From the NCBI GenBank assembly GCA_000182565.2, contig KQ257454.1: a stretch of DNA of 64,000 bases; one strand, 5' to 3'. The position numbers and the translations under genes were made by a program. The notes beneath the pieces were generated by a model that had not been told where the DNA came from, searched no databases, and saw only the letters and a program-made list of their open reading frames with translations. This DNA comes from Spizellomyces punctatus DAOM BR117 (Eukaryota). Shown here piece after piece: positions 35,266 through 48,399 of this stretch; position 1 is the stretch's first letter; each line of letters opens with the position of its first letter.

Positions 35266-38200
35266 TCACGGTGGATAACTGGCCATGTTTCTTCTTACAC
35301 TCTCCATTGCAGCGAGGAGATCCTCTCTGCCAATCTAGGTAGCGAGCTTTATTGAGGACATTGTTCACATTAACCATGAGCGGAGAAGCAGAACCAACCA
35401 TTTCACTCGTTAAATCTATTCTTAACCTCGACAACGCCGCCTCTCGACATACATTCTCAATGTCCGCACCTTAAAGAATCTGGTTTCAGAGTCGTCCATG
35501 GACATATATGGGTTCCGTACAACTCACCAGTATAACCATCTGACAACTGCGCCAAATGACATAAGTCGGTGGTCTCCAGATTATTGGGAATCCGTGACAA
35601 AAATCCTTGAAATATTTTATGTCGCGCCTATCACACAGCAGATCAAACACGAGAAGGACTTGATCAACGATTACAGTGGAATATACCTCTGCATTGGGAG
35701 GCGGTATGTAAATGTGCTCGTCTAATCGACCGGGCCGCAGGATTGCCGCGTCAATGACATCTGGGCGGTTCGTTACTAGACCATGCATGATATAAATCAT
35801 CCATTTGACAAAAGGATAAACTCGTAGTCATCGTGGATGGAAACGCAACTTACCTGCGATGATAAACACTGTTCTGTTATCGGCTCCTGCAGATTTGGAC
35901 AAAACCCCGTCCATCTCTAATGACGATGGATTAGCAACGATGAGATGAGAATGCCGTTAGATTAACATGTACCAGTGAGAAAACAAGTGACAATCCTTTC
36001 GCCTGTATTTTCGGAGGACATGTCCATCCCGCGTCGGGGAACAAGCATGTCAATCTGATTACAGAGTGATTAATAGTCCAGTAACCTGTCATGGTCTCCA
36101 TACATGCATACCTGATCTATCAATAGTATGGATGGAGCGCTAGATCTGGCCTGAGCAAAGATTTTTGTAATATTTTGCTCAGATTCACCAACGACTTTTG
36201 ATCTTATTTTGGGACCCTATTACAATCGTTACTAATTAGAGAAAATGGCAAATGCGACATAGTGACCTACATCAACGTAAATACAATTAAATCCAGCTTC
36301 TTGGACGAGAGCATAGCTGAGAACACTCTTGCCGACCCCGGCAGGTCCGTGCAATAGGACGCCCCTTGGAGGATTAATTCCAAGCGCGGCATAGCGATCG
36401 AGATGCTTGAAGGGACGCAGGACAGACGTCTGCAGATATTGGTGATGAGTTTTCGCAGTATGCTGGAGGAACGCTTGGGAAATTGAACTAGCACCTGAAC
36501 GTGTTTGATCACATCCTCCAAACCAAAGAGGTCTGAAAAGTGTCTTTTCGGGACCTGGTACATGGAACAGAGTCATTAGGATTCTGTGTCGCAAATCGCA
36601 CGTCAAAATGCATAAGCACCTGAGCGGTGAGTTCCAAAAGATTCGCCGGTTTGACTGTTTTCAGAGCCAATAGAAAATGGTCCAATGTGATATGTTTTTG
36701 CGTTTCCGTCTTTCGAATATTGATGAGCGCCGGCTTTGGGGAGGTGCGCCGGAAAATCATAACATATACATACATTCCGCTGCCAATGCATGAAAGCAGT
36801 GTGGCATAAACTTTCCAAGTCGGCTCCAACAAATCCATGTGTGGCTTCGCTGACCGACCGCAGCATATCGTCGCTGGCATTCGGGTCCATTGGTAACTCT
36901 GGATACATTGTCTGCACAGTTTAGGCGACGATGTAAAAAGTGGTTCACTCTGAACATCCGAACCTTTGCATAGGTATCGTAATATTGAATATCTCTGCCG
37001 CGCATCCACGATATCCATTTCCAGGACCTGATCGAGCCGACCGGATCGTAACAAACCGGGGTCCAAATTGTGCAGACGGTTGGTTACACCTATGAGATGT
37101 CGTGAGGATATGCCATAGCCCATATTTCGGTCAACCGAGAAGCTCTTCGAGAACCCACCTATTATGAACACACCGCCCTTAGGCGTGTCATTGAGGGCGG
37201 TGCAAAGATGAGCAGAGGACAAGCTTGGGTCCAGCAAGCTCGTGAGGACGGCGTAAATCCGTCTGGCCATTCCTAGGGGGAAAAGTAAGTGGGGACACGG
37301 TACAAAGAGAAATGGTAAACGTACCCTGTGCCGCCTGCTTCGGCCCAGTTGAGGCAATAGCATCCAAGTCATCGAGAACCACTATATGAGGGCCCTCAAC
37401 GGGGACGTTGATCATGCTATGAAGGTAAAGTTCCGCATCTCCTTCACCTGAACTACTGTTAAAAGTCTATTCTATTGTGTATATCATGGTCGCGCAAATG
37501 AGCCACCTACTGAATTTGAGAAAGTCCGCACAGTTTACAATGTTCCAAGAAACGCCAGAATTTTCTGTTTGTGATATATAGCATCAATATTTCAGAGAGG
37601 TGACAAAATTGCGAATGATTCTTCACACAACTATCTACATGCTTAACCATCTCTCTTGCTCTATTATACGCTATATAAAGAATGACAGTCTTACCAGCAA
37701 AAGCTCGAGCTAACCTCGTTTTTCCAGTCCCAGATCTCCCGCTCAAAAGGACACCAGCTGTGAGAGCTGGAGCCAAGTTGTGCAGGTTTGTAGGATTACA
37801 AATGTTGTTGACAAAGCAGTGAAATCGTTCTATCAATAGGTTGACTGTTGCATCCACTCCTGCTATCTGCCCGCATACTGCTGGAGCCCAGATATCGCAA
37901 GATTTTAGCCGCGCGCGCGCGCGACTCACGCAAAAGCTCGATTCCTCAAAGACGTAGTCAGTTTCTTCATTCAGCTTGGCGACTCGGGACTCCAGAAGCT
38001 GCCCATCCCCAAATGGTACTATTGATGCGACTATGACTGAGATCTGGTGACCATTCTTCAAAAGGGTAAGACTTTGCCCAACGGTTGCATATTCGCCAAG
38101 CAAGGCCTGCCCAATTTCTGTTCCACTCAGGCGACGGTGATCCAATACTGATCGCTTGTATTGACCAACTGAATGCGTACGCCAAGCCATTGTTAATCTG

Positions 38201-38626
38201 ACAAGCTTTGCGCGAGGCACGGAGGCGGACTGGTGTTCAGAATCCCGCATAAGTCGTCACCATGGTATGGTAGTTAGAATGATCACTTACGGTAAGGTGG
38301 TGTGATACTACTAGAACCTCGCCTTTGGAGGTACGCAGTGCTCTTGAAAGTGAGGAAGATAGAACACAATCACAGTGTGATACAGTGCACGCTGCGGCTG
38401 TTGATGACGCTAACGATATATGTTTAAGGTTTTCGCGAGAAATATCGCTTCCGGGACTGAATAATCTGACTTTTGCAGCTACATGCTGTCTCTCTTCAGA
38501 AGCCTTGACACGCAGGCACAAAATATGGCCAGATTTAACTCGCACTCCGTTGAAAGTGCAACTTCTTGGGAGCCACAGAACATTCTCCAAGCATTCATCC
38601 GCTATATCCACGACGGTGAGCTCCAT
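35266..38626 (-). CDS. Tandem AAA+ ATPase, Cdc48/AFG2(SPATA5)-like, with non-canonical Walker B motifs
   Basis: D1: [29 protein letters not shown]2: [65 protein letters not shown]. Confidence 0.85.
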
Positions 38627-38859
38627 GGTCCACTATATCACACAGTCAATCCACTCTGTCGCCACGCTCCATTAAACGCTTCCTGTCCCAAGATCGGCAG
38701 CCCATGCAAGATCTCCACACGATTGATTGACAAGGCGGATCAAGCGGGCTCTGCTGCGCCACGACCCAGTGAATCACGTGACATTGAGAAAGTTCACCCG
38801 CATCGAGGCAACCAGTTAGTTGAGGTGAACGAAGTCATCACCGACAGCCGTTGCGTACC

Positions 38860-40380
38860 ATGCTTGCAACAAAGCAGTTGACAGTGTCGGCGTTGAAGCG
38901 CTCATCTTTGACCGCGACAGCTGTCGCTGCGCGCTCCGTTCAGCCTCGTGCAACCTTTGCAACTGCTGCCCCTGACCCATCACCTAACCGCACGTACGGA
39001 AACCTCAGCGATGAAGACCGCATATTCACTAACCTTTACGGAAAGCACGACTTTCGCTTAGCGGGTGCACTCAAGCGTGGTGACTGGTACAAGACCAAGG
39101 AAATTATCTTGAAAGGCCATGACTGGATCATTAACGAGATGAAGACATCAGGCTTGCGTGGACGAGGTGGGGCTGGCTTCCCCTCTGGCCTCAAGTGGTC
39201 ATTCATGAACAAGCCAGGGGGTCCAGATGGCCGTCCACGATACTTGGTGGTAAATGCAGATGAAGGAGAACCGGGTACCTGCAAGGACCGCGAGATTATG
39301 CGCCACGACCCTCACAAGCTTATTGAAGGTTGCTTAGTGGCTGGTCGCGCGATGAGCGCCAACGCAGCCTACATCTATATCCGTGGTGAATTCTACAACG
39401 AAGCCTCCAATCTTCAGGAAGCTATCAATGAGGCTTACAAAGCGGGCTTGATTGGCAAGAATGCATGCGGCTCTGGTTACGATTTCGATGTATATGTGCA
39501 CCGTGGTGCTGGAGCTTATATTTGCGGAGAGGAAACAGCTCTTATTGAATCCATTGAAGGAAAGCAGGGAAAACCTCGTTTGAAGCCTCCATTTCCTGCC
39601 GACGTGGGATTGTTCGGTTGTCCCACAACTGTGGCGAATGTGGAAACTGTGGCTGTGGCGCCGACTATCTTGCGTCGTGGAGGTTCATGGTTTGCAGGTC
39701 TCGGCCGTGCCCGTAACAGCGGCACTAAGCTGTTCTGTATTTCCGGTCATGTGAACAAACCTTGCACTGTGGAAGAGGAGATGTCTATTCCCCTCCGAGA
39801 CCTCATTGACAAGCATTGCGGCGGTGTTCGCGGTGGATGGGATAATCTTTTAGGTATCATTCCTGGCGGTTCTTCTGTTCCTGTTCTGCCAAAGAAGATC
39901 TGCGAGGAAGTTTTGATGGACTTTGATTCTCTTCGTGATGCGCAGTCTGGGTTGGGCACTGCAGCGGTGATTGTCATGGACAAGAGTACCGATATGGTGC
40001 AGGCGATCTCAAGGCTAAGTGCGTTTTACAAGCATGAGAGTTGTGGACAATGTACACCATGTCGTGAGGGTACGGGTTGGTTGGCCAACATGATGGCACG
40101 ATTCGAAACCGGTAACGCGAAGAAGGCTGAGATTGACATGATCGAGGAGCTTAGTAGGCAGATTGAGGGGCATACCATTTGTGCATTGGTGGGTTTCATC
40201 TGGTCGATACATGGAATGGCTACTGTATATACTAACGTGAACACTTCTTTTACATAGGGAGACGCAGCGGCTTGGCCTGTGCAAGGTCTCATCCGCCATT
40301 TCCGCCCGGAGATTGAAAAGAAGATTGATGAGTTCCACGCGCGTCGGCGGCTTGAAGAGCCTGTGGCGGCACAAGCTTGA
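38860..40380 (+). CDS. NDUFV1: NADH:ubiquinone oxidoreductase 51 kDa flavoprotein subunit
   Basis: [60 protein letters not shown] and TICALGDAAAWP (one late intron). Confidence 0.99.
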
Positions 40381-40664
40381 GAGGGGATATGAAGAGTGGA
40401 TAGAGTTGTCATCGCAAAATACATTATGAATATTGTATCATCCGTTGCTCGGATTGCCTGTCAATGACGTGCTAGCCATGCCAGAGACCAGTATTTTTTA
40501 GCCTCATATGCCTATCGAAATAGCGCACATTGCCCTCAGAATCTCGACTATCCGCTACCCACTAGAACAGTCGCAGTGAACCAATAATACACTTCAATAT
40601 TCTACAAATACGACGAAGCAAACATTATCTACATGCTCTTCTCAAGCAGCGTAATAGACGGCGA

Positions 40665-41206
40665 TCATATTTTATCTAATGCTTCCATAACGAGAACAGA
40701 GTTTCCTCGGATGACCTGGTGGAAAAAGGTACTGTTAGCACCTCCTCATGTAATCTATCCAGGTTTCCTGCCAAGTACTGACCACACTCCCGATCTCACG
40801 CTTTTCGGATTCGGAAACTTCTTCGACAGTATCCTGTTGGATATGAAATATAAATACAAAACTTCCGAGTTGACCACCAAGAGACCAAAAGCCCACCTCC
40901 AATACCAAGTTCATGAAAGGATCAAATCCTGCGAAAATAAAGAAATCAGTTACATCTTAAAAAATAGACTTCAAATGCACTTATTATTCTGTTGGCTAGC
41001 TTACCACGAAGAATTCCAGTAACTTTACGATCTCCGTTCAGTTGGATGAACAGTCTCTTGTCCATGTACCTACGCAGAAAGGGCAAGTTAGAGATCAGTT
41101 TTCGTAAAGTTACACGCAGGCGAAAAGGGGGAGCAGGACTATACTGAAGGTATTGCGCTTTCATGGGTACTCACTTCTTCAATTCTGGAGTTGGTGCCTT
41201 GGACAT
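40665..41206 (-). CDS. SNRPG: Small nuclear ribonucleoprotein Sm G (5 exons)
   Basis: Spliced product [41 protein letters not shown]...VIRGNSVLVMEALDKI*. Confidence 0.95.
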
Positions 41207-41404
41207 GATGCAAACAGTTTTACCAGATGCAGTACTGTGGGCTCGTACGGGTCGTCACATCCACCCCGTACGAACTTGGCCCATGCGTTGTTTCTATGGA
41301 AACACTGTATCACGTGAGAAAATGGGATCTGAGTTGAATGGCAGCAAACAAGGCAACTGAGATTTCGACACCTTTTATTCCACAGATCACAGTCACCTAC
41401 CATA

Positions 41405-42443
41405 ATGGACGGAGGTGACCGAGAAGCAGCCAGATTATGGCGAGTGTTTCGTACAGTGAATGAAATGGTCAGGGATCGGGTAGGTACTGGTTCTGTTGTT
41501 GGAGTGACTCCCACTTAAATGCCTGCGATTCACGGTCTATCTTTGAAGGGTTACGTGGTGGCTCAAAGAGATGTTGAAATACCACTGGATGAATTCAAAA
41601 TGAATTATGTAAAAGGCGGTGTTGTAGAGTATGTCTTCAGAAAGTGAACCGATTTTGTACGGATGGAGCAGTCCAGTTAACGGTGCTTTGATATGTTAGC
41701 CGCCACTCTATGACTTTCTTGGTTACAATGGAGGACCGACCGAGTGATTCCCTTCTGGTGTTCTTCGCAGAGGATGAATCTGTGGGAATCAAGCCTATCA
41801 AAAAGTATGCTCCCTCTAGATGACCTTACAGAAGACGATATGATCGAGCTGATTCTTGCTTGCTGTAGAATTGCGGAGCGTATGGCAACACAAAATATTT
41901 TCAAAGCCATTGTGGTAATCCCGAAAACAATGACTCCATCTGCCAAAAAGGTATGGCATTCTGGTAGTGTTCAATTGACTCTTCACTTACTAAGTGATAT
42001 TGGCACATCTCTCCAGGTTATTCAAGAGATGGCACCGAAATATAATATCGATCAGTTCGCTGAATCAGAGTTGCTTGTCAATATTACCAAACACGTCCTA
42101 GTCCCTGAACACGAAGTTCTCTCAGATAGTGAAAAGAAGACATTGCTGGAAAGATAGTCAGTAGCATTCGCACTTTGAAATCGCAATGAGGAAGCTCATT
42201 GATACTTTGTTGCTTCTTTATTAGCCGACTCAAAGAAGCTCAATTGCCACGTATACATCCGACCGATCCGATTGCGAAATATTATGGCATGAAAAGAGGA
42301 CAAGTGGTCAAAATTATCCGACCGAGTGAAACCGCTGGAAAGTAAGTGGTCCTCCCTGATCAATTTCTTTTTTTTGTATTCATTGGCTAATGTGCGATCT
42401 ATTAACGCTATACAGATACGTCACCTATAGATATTGTTTTTAA
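41405..42443 (+). CDS. RPB5: RNA polymerases I/II/III common subunit Rpb5
   Basis: [53 protein letters not shown] and [18 protein letters not shown]. Confidence 0.97.
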
Positions 42444-42953
42444 TTGCTTCTGTCTTGACAGCTATGCGCAAGCTGCCGTTACTGAAGCCAATGTATATTT
42501 TGTATGTAACCGCACCAATATCGGCTGTGTCCGATCTAAAATAAAAAACAAATTCGACTTGGGAATGGAAAGACCTCAGCCTACCCAAATGATAAAAGTG
42601 TCACATAAGGTCGCATACTAGTAAGCAGAGGACGAACGGTACCACGTGAGCAAGCCAGAATTGGGTTGACGCGTAAGGAGCTATTCTATTCCTCATCAAC
42701 ATCGCCGTCTACTCAATTGAGAGGATCTACAAAAGGATCTACTCTCGTTGGTAATTAGTGACACCGCCTGCAAATATCTCGCGTGTGTAGATGACTAACT
42801 CTTGCAATTGTAAGCGGTTGTGTGCTAGGGGTGGCGTCCTGGAGATAACTTCTCTTCTGCGTTGAGCAGTTCATTGAATGCGGCAACAGCATTACTGCTT
42901 ATTTACTCTAACGGACATTCGATCAGCATATTACCGCTGTATTTCACCCTCAA

Positions 42954-44112
42954 ATGGTACGTTGGTTTTGCCACTCTCAACACGGCATGTAACGATACCG
43001 TTTGGGGAAGCAGTGCAACGTACATTATCAGCTTCTAACTTGATTTGATATGCTATGCAATCGCAAAGTCTTCTACAAACCAAAACAATGGAGCAAAGAA
43101 GGTGGGCCGTCTATCGGCACGGCTCGGATGGACTTTTTTGATATTGATGATTCTCGCGTAGATAATTGGCCTTGAAGAATGGGAACGAAAATTGGCGGAA
43201 GTGAAAGTTAGCAAGCAGTATGTGTGATGGTGATACTTTGGATGACACTGCGTCGTATGATAACGCGCTCACGCGATATGCTCTTAATTGAAGAGATCTC
43301 AACAAACTCATCATGAACTATTTGGTCATCGAAGGCTATAAAGATGCGGCAGAAAAATTTAGTCGAGAATCTGGGCTACAGCCGGGAATTGACCTTGCGT
43401 CGATAGAGGATCGCATGAATATTAGAAATGCGATACAGTCTGGAGATATCGAGGACGCTATCGAACGCGTCAATGACCTAGATCCTGAGGTATTGCGATA
43501 TAGTGCACATTTGACTTCTACGCGATTTAACAACTTTCCGACTCATCATCCATGATCCAGATACTCGACACAAATCCAAAGCTCTACTTCCACCTGCAAC
43601 AGCAACGGTTGATCGAATTCATACGAGACGGAAGAGTAGGAGAAGCCATCGAATTCGCGCAGGAAGAATTGGCGCCACGAGGGGAAGAAAACGTATGATC
43701 TTGCCCATAATACTCTTCAATCCGGAACATTAGGATAACACTGTACGTTTTTATCAAATGCAGCCGGAATTTCTTGAGGACCTGGAGCGCACAATGGCAT
43801 TGCTAGCATTCGAGGACACTAGCGTGTCACCTGTTGGATACCTATTGGACCATGCACAACGACAAAAGACGGCAAGTGAACTCAATGCAGCAATCTTGAC
43901 AGCACAATGTCAAGAGAAGGATCCAAAACTCCCGTCATTGCTGAAGATGTTGGTATGGGCACAGGTATGGCATCGGAAAGGCTCCTGGACGATCCAACAC
44001 AAGTCACTCACACACGAGCACATAACAGAATCAGCTGGAAGAAAAGATGCTCTTTCCAAAAATTAGAAACCTTGTAACCGCTGAACTAGAAGCACCTGCA
44101 CCCAGCGGATGA
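42954..44112 (+). CDS. GID8: GID/CTLH complex subunit Gid8 (TWA1), LisH-CTLH-CRA
   Basis: [51 protein letters not shown] and [14 protein letters not shown]. The start is inferred as an ATG-only first coding exon. Confidence 0.93.
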
Positions 44113-44399
44113 TAAATCCTCGCACCGTATATGGAACGAAGGATCATCGATAGCTCGAACGCTCGTAAACACTCTTGGACCTAATTCTGGTCGTGTACAT
44201 ATCTTTACTAAAACTGGCAACTTTCACCATGGCAATTTTCACATATCAATGATATATTTCCCAGAGGTCAGGTTTTGATTCAAATCGTGATTTTGTCAGT
44301 TTCTATACACAAAATACCGCCAATATCCTAAGTTATCTACATGTAAACTTCCTGCTATCTGTACAGATGAACGAGGTTCTTGTATCTGCTGGTCCACTA

Positions 44400-47300
44400 T
44401 TAAGTTTGTGATAAATTTCTATCACTGGTTATCCTTAGCACGTCTCCTATTAGATTGTGGAGCTCACGTTGGATTTGAAGCAGCTCGCTATATGAAAAAT
44501 ATTCAACAAGGACGCAAATTGCTACTAGATTCCGACTCAGGGCTTACCGGACATCCATCGTTTCCAACTCTTTTGAACACTTTTTCAAAGACGTCAAATG
44601 GTCCATGAATCCCCATGAAGCTGCTTGGTCTGGAGCATCAGCCTCAGATCTTTTCCGTTTCAATACAGGCGTTACTGTTATTGGACGCTCGGGTGGGGTG
44701 TTCCGGCCCAGTTCCTTGTCGCTAGCTGTTGGAGTCTTCATCTCTTCGGAATGCGATTGTGATCTATCCATTGTCTCATACATCTCAGCGGGTACCACTT
44801 CACGCTCCGCCCTCTTTTCCTGTGAATGGCTTCAGTCATGATGTAGCGCCCCGGAAACTGCCATCCTGACAACGTACCATTTGTCTTGGAGTTAAAATGC
44901 GTTCGTCCTTTGCTTGCATCTCCATTTTTTTCTTGTCTGTTATTTGCACGTATTCCATAAGATCTCCTAACTCCTAGTGTTAGCTAGTGATTGGACATTG
45001 ATGATTCTGATTTCTCACCTTCAGAGTTTCCGTGAGATTTAGGAAGATCAGTTAGATTCTCCTTTCTGGGAGAAGAATGATGGCCATCGCTTGACAACCG
45101 ATTTATTATAGTCTGCGTTCTGCGATGCTGGTTCTCAATGGGCGATACATCTTCCGCAACTTGATACTGTGGATGACGAAGGATATCTGAGCCTGGTACA
45201 ATGCACACCCCCGTTGGCTGAAGTCAAAGTACCTGAGCAGCAAGATCTGAAAGAAGAAGTTGCATATTTTTCCGTCCAGAGCCTTTTATCTCTAGGAGTT
45301 TCACAAGCTTGCTAGCCATTTTAACTACCGCTTTGGCATGTCGATATTGAAGTTCTTGCTGCTCAGCTTCCAAACGACCAGCGGGCTCAGGTATTTCGAT
45401 GCGGAACATCTCAGCAAGTTTCCTTGAGACTATATTATAAAACGATCAGATATCGGCAGCTCCATTCACCATGGACTTCTTCAAGTGATGTTGGCAGTCT
45501 GTGCACCTACATTCAGTGAGCTCAGTTTTGACAGAGGTTTTCCATAGGAAAGATATTGCGTCTACTAATGGGCTGAGGTTTCGCTCATGGTCAGCTATGG
45601 AATCGTTCACATAAGCGACCACATGTTCCCACAGGAGTTGCACCTTCGGGATAAGCTATAGACTGATGTTACTGTGCATACTTCTGTGATCCACCAACAT
45701 GTTGAGAGGTACCTGTTTCGACACCTTGCAGCGATCGATCGCCATTTCCATTATATACAGAAACACCTTGTAGTCTGCCAGAGACCATTCGCCGGATGGT
45801 AAATTTGCAACAATGTGTTGTAGATAAGGACCTATCATTGGTTCATCCATGTATGATAGTGACTGCCGCAAATCAAAGTCTGCAGGTACGGTGTGCAGTT
45901 TTCCAACAACATTTATAATAACGGCCGTCAAAAACACATCCACCAATCGTCGATCCTTTCTGATTTCTTTCGCGACAGGGAGCACTGTTGACTCTGTGAA
46001 GGATAGCAGTGCGGTCGCATAGCTCAGGTGCACGAGCAGAAAGACGTATGTTTTCATGCATTCCATTCTGACCGTCGCTGCCTTTTCGTATTTGAATCCA
46101 TTCAAGAGAGGTAATAGCACAAGTTTGACTCGTTTATCGTGAATGAGATGGTCTGCAAGATTGGGCATCTTTGAGTAGGGCTTAGTGTCCGTCTCATAAA
46201 TTTGATCTATACCTTTCTGAGCGAAGTTGATAATCAATCTTCTCCAAACTCGGAAAGCGGAAAGACGGTTTGCGGGAACAGACGAATTGAATCCATTCTG
46301 TACAGACGTCCCCACCACTTGACTTAGCAAGAGTGTGTCATGTAAGCAAGAGCAAGGCAAACCGACTAACCTCCACAACTTGCAACAGGGCATTCAAATG
46401 CTGAGTACGATGCAGCGTTGAACCCAACATCAGCATAACATGTCCCCATGCGTTGTAGACATTTGTATGGTCGATGTTGTTTCGCAAGATTTCGATGAGG
46501 GTCTCCACTTTCTCATTTGTCAATGCCTAAGATTCCCGTTATTTTGTCAGCTCTCAAAGGCTTAACGAGCACAAGACACATGCATACTTTAATATGCATT
46601 TCGCACTCTTTCCGCAGGGCAACAAAGTATTCTACTGCAGCTCGAAAGAAGGTATTTGCCGCGTCTGCAATCCGTGCGGTGCTCGAGAACATTAGTTCTA
46701 ACACTACTCGTAAAATGATGTTCAGTGTCGCTGTGAGGAAAGTATGCCTTATGTTGGTTTAGGGCCACATACCTGGAACTACCCAGTTACGCGACTCTGC
46801 TGGAGCTAGTTTTGGGACTCGCTTGAAAAGCCTGTCCAGTGCCTTAACAGGTTGAATTAGCAGAATGTACGCTGACTATATCCAATGGAATCATACTTAC
46901 ATTCAATAGCTCAATTGGCAATACCTCCACAGTTCCAACGTACTTCATCGCTGCCATCAAAGCCTCGATGATGGCAGGTCCCATCTCCGCTAATACTTCG
47001 TCGTCCTCCACCCTTTGGACACTCAGGCACCACACCCCTAAACAAGTGAGTTTTGGATTTCGCTCCTTCACAATATGTTTACAGATCCCTTGGAGCATTC
47101 CCCGCCATTGTTCTCTTGTTGTCCCTGGTATTAAGTGTCCCCTGTGAAGAAATAACGCTGCACAGCGCAATGCTCCTCGGACCCTGCAAGATGGGTCAGG
47201 TGACTCAGTAAAAAATGACAAAACGCAAGAACCAGAATGCTCACAAGGCATCGTCAGTCGCATCCTTTTTTTCCTGCGGCGCCAGATCACGATCAATTGC

Positions 47301-47465
47301 CAAGATCAAGTCAGCGATCTCGTTTTCAGTCAAAGGTCCAGGGTCGGTTCCGTCTCTGTCTGCGGTTCGGTAAAGGTCCAGCAAATCGACCCAAGCTTGT
47401 ATCCTTTCCTCAACGGATCCCCGTACAACGACATCCAGCGTAACAGTCAGTGAAGGCTTCGTCAT
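44400..47465 (-). CDS. RIF1: Rif1 (replication timing/telomere factor) with N-terminal HEAT domain
   Basis: LGVWCLSVQ, AWGHVMLMLGSTLHRTQHLNALLQVVENGFNSS..NRLSAFRVWRRLIINFA and KRVKLVLLPL resemble Rif1_N. Disordered C-terminal half and a short terminal helix. Confidence 0.75.
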
Positions 47466-47665
47466 GGTGTTGCATTCATCACATTCCCGTCGGCCAAAGC
47501 AAGCCAATCCAGGAGCGCGTAAGTCCGGTCCTTCGAACAGCACGTGATTGCTGAGGTCAGATCAGGCTTGCGAGTCACTTTGCGTTGCACCAAACGTTCC
47601 ATGACAACGCAATTGAAGTTGAGAGTGCTGCAACTGCATTAACACTTTGCTCACGAATCTCCAAC

Positions 47666-48115
47666 ATGTCCAAGGCCGGAGCAAAAGCCGCCGTTGCTCA
47701 AAGTCTCCGTCTTCTAGTCCCAGCCGGCAAGGCGGCGCCTTCACCACCAGTTGGTCCGGCGCTAGGTCAACGTGGTGTAAAATCAATGGATTTTTGCAAA
47801 GCCTTCAACGACCGAACAAAAAAATTGCTTCCGGGCATTCCGATTCCTACGAGTATTACAATTGAACCCAACCGAACATTCACTTTCATAACGAAAAACC
47901 CCCCGACAACATGGCTACTGCTACAAGCGGCTGGTGTAGAAAAAGGAAGCTCAAGACCCGGGGACGTAATTGTGGGTGAAGTTAGTTTAAAACATATTTA
48001 CGAAATTGCAAAGATAAAAAGCAAGGATCCAGCGTTTCGGGGGACGGGACTTAGAGAGGTTGCGTCCCGGGTGGTTGGGACAGCGAAAGGAATCGGGCTT
48101 AAAGTTGTATACTAG
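47666..48115 (+). CDS. MRPL11: Mitochondrial ribosomal protein uL11m
   Basis: LRLLVPAGKAAPSPPVGPALGQRGVKSMDFCKAFNDRT and VSLKHIYEIAKIK. Confidence 0.96.
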   Translation: MSKAGAKAAVAQSLRLLVPAGKAAPSPPVGPALGQRGVKSMDFCKAFNDRTKKLLPGIPIPTSITIEPNRTFTFITKNPPTTWLLLQAAGVEKGSSRPGDVIVGEVSLKHIYEIAKIKSKDPAFRGTGLREVASRVVGTAKGIGLKVVY

Positions 48116-48399
48116 AATGAAAGGGTTTAGTGACCGGTCGAAGCATATTTTGATTCCGTTAATGCTTGGTTCTTGTGTGTGTGCATTGTTCGCAAATGTC
48201 GTCAGGCTGCCGTCGATTCGATCTGGCATGTTTTCTGATTATATCGTGAAGGTTGGCGAAGGCTGGTAACATCAGATACAACCACTGGTCAGCCAGTCGG
48301 TTTAGATAGGCGGGTACTGGCACATAGTCATCACATAATGCGGACATGACCCAAAAGGCCTTGGCCATCTTCAGTCTTGACAATAAGATATATCCAGAT

